From Gemmatimonadota bacterium (GTDB lineage: Bacteria > Gemmatimonadota > Gemmatimonadetes > Gemmatimonadales > Gemmatimonadaceae): a stretch of DNA of 35,434 nt. The stretch spans positions 1 to 35,434 of the forward strand of contig JANMLN010000005.1 in assembly GCA_031372565.1 (NCBI GenBank). Reading direction: 5' to 3'. This document shows positions 29,407 through 35,434 of this stretch, in pieces (the stretch's first letter is position 1; each line of letters opens with the position of its first letter). The notes under the pieces were generated by a model. The model made no database searches. It was given only the letters and a program-made list of their open reading frames with translations, and was not told where the DNA came from. The translations under genes and the position numbers were made by a program.

Positions 29407-30705
29407 CTATGCGCGCTCCACGACCATCGCATGGCCGAGCGCGCCGGCGGCGCACACGGTCATCAGGCCGAACTGCGCATTGCGTCGCCCGAGCTCGTTG
29501 CAGAGCGTCGTCAGGATGCGCGCACCCGTGGCGCCGAATGGATGGCCGATCGACAGCGAGCCGCCCATCACGTTCAACCGCTCCATGTCCACCTGACCCG
29601 TGGGTTGGTCGAAGCCGGCACGACGAGACCACTCGGCGCTCGCCAGCCCGGCGATGTTGCTCAGCACCTGCGCCGCGAACGCTTCGTGCATCTCGACCAG
29701 ATCCATGTCCTTGAGCGTGAGCCCCGCGCGCTGCAACGCCACCGGCGCTGCGAGGACCGGCGCCTGCAGCAACTGCTCGGCTGGATCGAGTGCGGCGTAC
29801 GCGTAGGAGCGGATGTAGCCGATGGGGTTGTAACCGCGCGCCTTCGCGACGTCCTCGCGCATGAGCAGCACGGCGCTGCCGCCATCGGTGAGCGGGCTCG
29901 CATTGCCCGCCGTGACCGAGCCGTAGCGCCGGTCGAACACCGGCTTGAGTCCCGCGAGCTGTTCCAGCGAGGAGTCCTCGCGAATGCCGTTGTCGCTCGT
30001 GACCACCGTGTCATAGCGCGGCCCCACGTACACGGGCGCGATCTCCGCCGTGAGTCGGCCGTCCTTGGTGCCTGCGGCGGCATTGCGGTGCGAGCGCAAC
30101 GCGAACGCGTCCTGCGCATCGCGCGTGATCCCGTTCAACTTCGCCATCTTCTCGGCGCTCTGCCCCATGCTCTCGCCGGTCGTCGGTTCGGCAATCGCGG
30201 GGGTAATCGGGATCAGGTCGCGCGGGCGGATCCTGGCAATCGCCTGCACGCGCGCCGCGAGCGACTTCGCGCGACTGGCCGCCACGAGCGCATCGCTGAA
30301 GCCGCGCGAGTGGAGGATCGGGACCGTCGACAGCGACTCGGCGCCACCCGCGATGATCGTGTCGTAATGGCCGAGCACGATCTGGTCGGCGGCGTTCGTG
30401 ATCGCCTGGTTGGCCGAGGCGCAGGCGCGCGAGACGGAGTACGCGTCGACCGTGCGCGGGAAGAGCGGGATCAGCGAGACTTCGCGGGCGATGTTCGGCG
30501 CGATCACGTTGGGCACGACGGTGCCGTAGATGAGCGACTGGACCGAGGCGGGATCGAGGTTGGTGCGATGCACCAGCTCACTCACGGCCAGCTTCCCGAG
30601 CTCGATGGCGCTCAGGTGCTTGAAGACGGAGCCGGACCGGACGAACGGGGTGCGGACGCCGGCCACCACGGCCACGCGCCGCCCCGGGGAGCCAAGAGGG
30701 GGCAT
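29407..30705 (-). CDS. fadI: Acetyl-CoA C-acyltransferase (thiolase)
   Basis: GVRTPF, PNIARE, SRACAS, MHEAFAAQ, GHPFGATG, CAAG. Confidence 0.94.
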   Translation of the reverse strand: MPPLGSPGRRVAVVAGVRTPFVRSGSVFKHLSAIELGKLAVSELVHRTNLDPASVQSLIYGTVVPNVIAPNIAREVSLIPLFPRTVDAYSVSRACASANQAITNAADQIVLGHYDTIIAGGAESLSTVPILHSRGFSDALVAASRAKSLAARVQAIARIRPRDLIPITPAIAEPTTGESMGQSAEKMAKLNGITRDAQDAFALRSHRNAAAGTKDGRLTAEIAPVYVGPRYDTVVTSDNGIREDSSLEQLAGLKPVFDRRYGSVTAGNASPLTDGGSAVLLMREDVAKARGYNPIGYIRSYAYAALDPAEQLLQAPVLAAPVALQRAGLTLKDMDLVEMHEAFAAQVLSNIAGLASAEWSRRAGFDQPTGQVDMERLNVMGGSLSIGHPFGATGARILTTLCNELGRRNAQFGLMTVCAAGALGHAMVVERA

Positions 30706-30807
30706 CCCGAGAAACGTAGGGGTGTCGCCGACCGCCGTCCAAGGGGATCTGGCAGTTCCTTGTGCGCACGGGCAGGTCGCACGGCGTGCGTCGGCCTATT
30801 TTTCGGC

Positions 30808-32427
30808 ATGCCTGGACCTCGCCGCGCCGACCATCTCGCCCGCCTGGCGCACGAGCGCTTCGATCTGGCGATCATCGGCGGCGGGATCAATGGCGCCGGG
30901 ATCGCACGCGACGCCGCCCTGCGGGGCCTCTCGGTGGCGTTGCTGGAGCGCGACGACTTCGCGGCCGGCACCTCGAGCCGTTCGAGCCGGCTGGTGCACG
31001 GGGGGGTGCGCTATCTCGAGCACGGATACCTGCACCTGGTGTTCGAGGCGAGCGCCGAACGGCGCACGCTGCTGCGCATTGCCCCGCATCTGGTGCGGCC
31101 GCTGTCCTTCACCTGGCCGGTGTATGAGGGAGCGCGCATCCCGCGCTGGAAGCTCGGCGCCGGGCTCTTCTTGTACGATCTGCTGGCCGCCTTTCGGAAT
31201 GTCGGCAATCACGAGCGACTCGACGCCGTCGGCGTGCTGGCGCATGAACCCCAGGTGGAACGTGACGGGCTCACCGGGGGGGCGCGCTACTTCGACGCCG
31301 CCACCAACGACACGCGCCTCACGTGGGAGAACGTGCTGGACGCGGCGCGGCACGGCGGCGCCGTGGCCAACCACGCGGAGGTCACCGGATTGGTGCGCGA
31401 TGCGGGGCGCGCTTGTGGTGTGACGGTGCGCGACACGCTGAGCGGCACGTCGTTCACTGTGCGTGCGGCCGTGGTGATCAACGCGGCCGGCCCGTGGCAC
31501 GACGACGTACGCCGGTTGGACGAGCCCGCGCACGTGCCGGGCGTGAAGGGGACCAAGGGGGTGCACATCGAGGTCGAGCGCGCGCGCATTGGCAATCGCG
31601 ACGCCGTGACACTCGTGAGCGGCGTGGACGGTCGCGTCATGTTCGTGCTGCCCGCAGGTCCGCACGCGATCATCGGCACGACCGACACGCCGACAACGGC
31701 GAGCCCTGACGAGATTCGTGCCGATCAGGGCGACGTGGACTATCTGCTCGCGTCCGCCAACCTGGCCTTTCCGGAGGCGCATCTCACGCGCGACGACGTG
31801 ATCTCGGCGTGGGCGGGGATCCGTCCGTTGATTGCGGCCGGCAACACGAGCGATCCGGCGAGCGCGAGCCGAGAGCATGCGATCACCACGAGCGCGAGCG
31901 GTGTGGTGAGCGTCAGCGGCGGCAAGCTCACGACCTATCGATCAATGAGCGAGGAGGTCGTGGACGTCGCGGTCCGCGCGCTCGACCGGCGCGTGCCCAA
32001 GGGGGACTCGGACCAACGTCCGCTCCCCGGCGGCGACGTGGCCGATGTGCCGGCGCTGGTGGCGCACGTGTCGGGTATCGTGCACGCCGCTGATGTCGCC
32101 GAGCAGTTGGTGCACAGCTACGGCAGCTCGTGGGAGTCGGTCTGGGCGCTCGGCGCTGACCGGCCTGCGCTGCGCGAGCGCGTGGTGCCGGGATTGCCGG
32201 TCGTGTGGGCGGAGCTGGTGTGGGCCGCGCGCGACGAGATGGCGATGACGCTGGCCGACCTGTTTGTGCGGCGTACCGCGCTGGCGTTCCAGACGCGCGA
32301 CAACGCGCGATCGGTCGCGCGGGGGGCGGCCGAGTTGGTAGCGCCGGAGCTCGGGTGGAGCGCTGCGGACGTGGACGCAGCGGTCGTCGAGTGGGAGCAG
32401 GAGGCCGTGCGACTGTTCGCGCTCTGA
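30808..32427 (+). CDS. glpD: FAD-dependent glycerol-3-phosphate dehydrogenase
   Basis: IIGGGINGAGIARDAALRG, GTSSRSSRLVHGGVRYL, GTTD, AGIRPL, GGKLTTYR; real start 30808 lies inside the 1791-aa shadow ORF. Confidence 0.94.
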   Translation: MPGPRRADHLARLAHERFDLAIIGGGINGAGIARDAALRGLSVALLERDDFAAGTSSRSSRLVHGGVRYLEHGYLHLVFEASAERRTLLRIAPHLVRPLSFTWPVYEGARIPRWKLGAGLFLYDLLAAFRNVGNHERLDAVGVLAHEPQVERDGLTGGARYFDAATNDTRLTWENVLDAARHGGAVANHAEVTGLVRDAGRACGVTVRDTLSGTSFTVRAAVVINAAGPWHDDVRRLDEPAHVPGVKGTKGVHIEVERARIGNRDAVTLVSGVDGRVMFVLPAGPHAIIGTTDTPTTASPDEIRADQGDVDYLLASANLAFPEAHLTRDDVISAWAGIRPLIAAGNTSDPASASREHAITTSASGVVSVSGGKLTTYRSMSEEVVDVAVRALDRRVPKGDSDQRPLPGGDVADVPALVAHVSGIVHAADVAEQLVHSYGSSWESVWALGADRPALRERVVPGLPVVWAELVWAARDEMAMTLADLFVRRTALAFQTRDNARSVARGAAELVAPELGWSAADVDAAVVEWEQEAVRLFAL

Positions 32428-32535
32428 TGTCGTCCTGAGCGAAGCGAAGGACCTGCTTGTAAGGTCGTCGCTGAGCGCAGCGAAGGACCCGCTTCTCCCG
32501 TCGTCGCAGAGCGCAGCGAAGGACCCGCTTCTCCC
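32428..32535 (+). repeat. Three head-to-tail REP-like copies
   Basis: Copies at 32428-32458, 32464-32499 and 32500-32535, between convergent glpD and greA. Confidence 0.88.
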
Positions 32536-32549
32536 CTCGCGCGAACCCT

Positions 32550-33038
32550 CTACTTGATCTCGTCGGGCGCGCTGACCGAGTGAATCGTGACCAGTTCGAC
32601 CACCTCGAGCTTGCGCACTCTGGTCGGCAGCTTCAGCAGTGCAACCTCGCCGACCATCTTGTTGAGGAGCGCACGCCCGATCGGCGAGGCCATCGTCACG
32701 TGCAGGTCGTTGAACTCGAGCGCGTCACCGAACACGAGGTGATAGGTCTCGATGTCTCCCGACGCCTGATCCTTGACCGTGACTTTCGATCCCATGCCGA
32801 CCTTGTCGGAAGGGATCTGTGCGAGGTCGATCTGCGCGAGCTTCGAGAGGCGCTGACGGAGTTGGCCGAGCCGCGCGCCGACCAACGCTTGGCGCTCGAG
32901 TGCGGCCTTGTACTCCGAGTTCTCGCGGAGGTCGCCCATCTCGACCGCGCGGCGGATCTCGTTCGGGAGGGTGACGTTGAGCTCATGCTGGAGCTTTTCG
33001 ACCTCCTCTCCGAGCTTTGCCTTGAGTTCCTCGAGCAT
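32550..33038 (-). CDS. greA: Transcription elongation factor GreA/GreB family
   Basis: GDLRENSEYKAA acidic tip, SPIGRALL. Confidence 0.92.
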   Translation of the reverse strand: MLEELKAKLGEEVEKLQHELNVTLPNEIRRAVEMGDLRENSEYKAALERQALVGARLGQLRQRLSKLAQIDLAQIPSDKVGMGSKVTVKDQASGDIETYHLVFGDALEFNDLHVTMASPIGRALLNKMVGEVALLKLPTRVRKLEVVELVTIHSVSAPDEIK

Positions 33039-33065
33039 GGCGATCCGTCGCTGTCAGGGCGGGGG

Positions 33066-33103
33066 AAAAGGAGACGCCCGGCCACGTGGGGGCCGGGCGC
33101 CTC
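33066..33103 (-). terminator. Terminator/pause-like hairpin in the greA 5' leader
   Basis: 13-bp stem GAGGCGCCCGGCC/GGCCGGGCGUCUC (one G-U), 7-nt loop, followed by CUUUU. Confidence 0.65.
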
Positions 33104-33113
33104 GGATGCATTC

Positions 33114-33119
33114 ATTATA
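33114..33119 (-). promoter_or_regulatory. greA promoter -10 box
   Basis: Perfect TATAAT in a GC-rich context; weak TTCCGG 17 nt upstream. Confidence 0.65.
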
Positions 33120-33180
33120 TGGCGGTCGATGCCGCGCCGGAACCCCGCCCGGTGGGTACGGGCGTCTACCTTTCGACGCG

Positions 33181-34002
33181 ATGATCCATCTCGAAACGCA
33201 CGGCCCCGTGGTCCGCGCCGAGTTCACGACGAGCCGAACACGACTCATCGGGATCTCGGTGAGCGCGTACCTGCACAAGGGGGTGGTGATCGATACCGCA
33301 TTCCCCGACGTGCGACAGGAGTTCCGCGACTGGGTCAAGGCGACGCGCGCGGGTGGCGTGGCGGTGACGCACCAGCATGAGGACCACGCCGGCAACGTGA
33401 ACTCCGTGCTCAAGCTGGGGCTCCCCGTGTGGCTTGCGGCCGACACGCATGCGGCGCTGCGCGCGGTTGGGCCGATCGGCTTCTACCGGCACTTCACGTT
33501 CCGGGCGATGCGTTCGCTCACGCGTGAGGTCGTGCCGTTCGATCCATCACCGATCGTGCCGATCGCGACTCCCGGTCATTCGAGTGATCATCATGTGTTC
33601 TGGGACGCGGATGACGAGATCCTCTTTGCCGGCGACCTCTTTCTCGGCATCAAGGTGCGTGTGGCGCATGCGAACGAGGACCCACGCGCGCTCGTGCGGA
33701 GTTTGCGCGCATGCGCCGCGCTCAGGCCGCGGATGATGTTCTGCGCGCACCGTGGGTTGGTCGAGGAGCCGACCGCTGCGCTCTCGGCCAAGGCCGACTG
33801 GCTGGCGCAGTTGATCGATGAGTGCGACCGGCTGATCGATGCCGGGTGGGGCGACGCGGCCATCCGCAACGCCGTGTTCGGTCGCGAGGACGTGTCGCGC
33901 TACTTCTCGTTCGGCGACTACTCGCGCGGCAACCTGGTGTACGCGATCCGCTCGACGCGCGTGACGAGCGCGGCCGCGCGAGAAGGACCCAGCGTGCAAT
34001 AG
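33181..34002 (+). CDS. Metallo-beta-lactamase fold hydrolase
   Basis: [30 protein letters not shown]. Confidence 0.92.
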   Translation: MIHLETHGPVVRAEFTTSRTRLIGISVSAYLHKGVVIDTAFPDVRQEFRDWVKATRAGGVAVTHQHEDHAGNVNSVLKLGLPVWLAADTHAALRAVGPIGFYRHFTFRAMRSLTREVVPFDPSPIVPIATPGHSSDHHVFWDADDEILFAGDLFLGIKVRVAHANEDPRALVRSLRACAALRPRMMFCAHRGLVEEPTAALSAKADWLAQLIDECDRLIDAGWGDAAIRNAVFGREDVSRYFSFGDYSRGNLVYAIRSTRVTSAAAREGPSVQ

Positions 34003-34043
34003 CGCGGTACGGCTGTTTGAAGGCGGCACCGGTAGGCTGCAGG

Positions 34044-35126
34044 ATGACTACCGCCCCGCGCACCGTGCTCGGTGCTCTGGATGAAGTGATCCAGCGCAAG
34101 CATTACTCGCCGAGGACCGGCGAGGCGTACCGGTATTGGCTGCGACGCTACGTGCGGCATCATGCCGGTCGGCATCCACGGGAGATGGATGCGCTGCAGG
34201 TGGAGCAGTTCGTGTCGTACCTGGCCACGCACGAGCGGGTGAGCGCGAGCACGCAGAATCAGGCGCTGGCCGCGCTGCTGTTCTTGTATCGTGAGGTGTT
34301 GGGGCAGCCGCTCGCGATGCGTGGGCACCATCTGCTGGCGAAGCGACCGCACCGGGTTCCGAACGTGCTCACGCGCGACGAGGTGGGCGACGTGCTGCGG
34401 GTGATGCGCGGTATGCCGAAGCTGATGGCGGCCTTGCTGTACGGCAGCGGACTACGGCTCCAGGAGTGCTGTCAGCTGCGCGTGAAGGAGCTGGACTTCG
34501 CGCGGGGCGAGGTGCTCGTGCGGGGCGGCAAGGGGCAGAAGGACCGGGTGACGATGCTGCCCGAGTTCGTGGACGAGGCATTGCGCGCGCACCTCCGGTT
34601 CGTGGCAGCGCAGCACGCGCTGGATGTGCGCGCCGGCGGCGGGTACGTGTCACTGCCCCATGCACTGGAGCGGAAGCTGGGGAGCCGAGCGGCGCGGTCG
34701 CTGGCGTGGCAGTGGATCTTTCCGGCGACCAGGCAGCAGACCGCGAGCGACGACGGTCGCCGGCGGCGGCATCACCTGCACGAGACCGTACTCCAGCGCG
34801 CCGTGACAGCAGCGGCGGCAGCGAGTGGGATGACGAAGCGGGTGACCTGCCACACGTTCCGTCACTCGTTCGCGACGCACCTGCTGGAGGCGGGGTACGA
34901 CATCAGAACCGTGCAGGAACTGTTAGGGCATCAGGATGTGAGCACGACGATGATCTACACGCACGTCCTGAACCGCGGTGGGTTGGGGGTCCGGAGCCCG
35001 CTGGACTTGGGGGCGGCGCGGGTCGGTCACGCGCAGTACCGAGCGCCGATGGGAGGTGGTGCGCGGGAGCGGCTGCTCGCTGGGATGGAGCCGGTGGATG
35101 ATCCGCGTGACTTGGGTCGGGATTAG
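34044..35126 (+). CDS. intI: Integron integrase
   Basis: [36 protein letters not shown], integron-specific insertion [49 protein letters not shown]. Confidence 0.96.
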   Translation: MTTAPRTVLGALDEVIQRKHYSPRTGEAYRYWLRRYVRHHAGRHPREMDALQVEQFVSYLATHERVSASTQNQALAALLFLYREVLGQPLAMRGHHLLAKRPHRVPNVLTRDEVGDVLRVMRGMPKLMAALLYGSGLRLQECCQLRVKELDFARGEVLVRGGKGQKDRVTMLPEFVDEALRAHLRFVAAQHALDVRAGGGYVSLPHALERKLGSRAARSLAWQWIFPATRQQTASDDGRRRRHHLHETVLQRAVTAAAAASGMTKRVTCHTFRHSFATHLLEAGYDIRTVQELLGHQDVSTTMIYTHVLNRGGLGVRSPLDLGAARVGHAQYRAPMGGGARERLLAGMEPVDDPRDLGRD

Positions 35127-35200
35127 GTAGCGCTGCGCGGGTGCATTTCGGGGACTATGTGGCGGGGGGGTTGATGGGAACGTCGGTGTCCGCGGGGCAC

Positions 35201-35229
35201 TTGCGAGGTGCGGGCGCAAGGGGCAGACT
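35201..35229 (+). promoter_or_regulatory. Possible cassette promoter Pc
   Basis: TTGCGA-17 nt-CAGACT upstream of the candidate attI. Confidence 0.3.
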
Positions 35230-35280
35230 GGGGACTAGGTGGGCGGCCGAGCAGCGACGAAGCGAGCTAGGTCGGGGGGC

Positions 35281-35301
35281 ACTGTTGAATACACGTTAGA
35301 C
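35281..35301 (+). mobile_element. Candidate attI recombination site (core G/TTAGAC)
   Basis: GTTAGAC (35295-35301) matches GTTRRRY; second GTTGAAT at 35284; lies at the shift from G-rich spacer to lower-GC cassette-like DNA. Confidence 0.6.
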
Positions 35302-35332
35302 ACACGACGCACTTCGAACTACATTTCGTCTT

Positions 35333-35434
35333 ATGAAGACCGTTCCTGGCGTCAAGATTCTCCGCGATGCGCGCGGGCGTGAGACGGCGGTCGTTATCGA
35401 CCTGAAGCGGCACAGGGCGCTCTGGGAAGATTTC
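35333..35434 (+). CDS. Probable type II antitoxin (first gene cassette), 3'-truncated by the window
   Basis: MKTVPGVKILRDARGRETAVVIDLKRHRALWEDF resembles small antitoxins usually found upstream of RelE/ParE toxins; not in the ORF track. Confidence 0.6.
   Translation, partial: MKTVPGVKILRDARGRETAVVIDLKRHRALWEDF

Noticed and set aside
32428..32535. Possible CRISPR array (36-bp period)
   Set aside because: No unique spacers, the same unit is dispersed as REPs, and there are no cas genes.
34003..34043. LexA box upstream of intI
   Set aside because: No CTGT-N8-ACAG or GAAC-N4-GTTC match; a lineage-specific motif cannot be excluded.
33822..34043. N-terminal extension of IntI in the ORF track
   Set aside because: Overlaps the MBL gene and has no integrase similarity; ATG 34044 fits better.

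Overview
GC-rich (roughly 70%) bacterial chromosomal segment; gene content and style suggest Gemmatimonadota (inference). Most of it is housekeeping or accessory metabolism: 2-oxoacid dehydrogenase E1 (partial), SDR, MFS, rhodanese, OsmC, K+ channel, a TonB receptor-GMC oxidoreductase-pdxH-GNAT operon, MMPL, rsgA, proline dehydrogenase, M14 peptidase, two POTRA-less Omp85 barrels, fadIJ, glpD, greA and an MBL hydrolase. Highlights that the ORF track misses: (1) a signal-peptide-bearing peroxiredoxin/redoxin gene (5288-5908, minus) split by an in-frame TGA in a W-U-P-W-C motif, followed by a bSECIS-like hairpin, i.e. a probable exported selenoprotein; (2) an integron integrase with a candidate attI and a first antitoxin-like cassette at its 3' end (inverted arrangement), the cassette promoter overlapping the recombination core; (3) about 10 copies of a ~30-36 bp REP-like palindrome, one inside a reading frame; (4) an amidohydrolase beta-sandwich lacking its TIM barrel; (5) a terminator-like hairpin in the greA leader; (6) frequent apparently leaderless genes. 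Family assignments come from motif recognition, not database searches.
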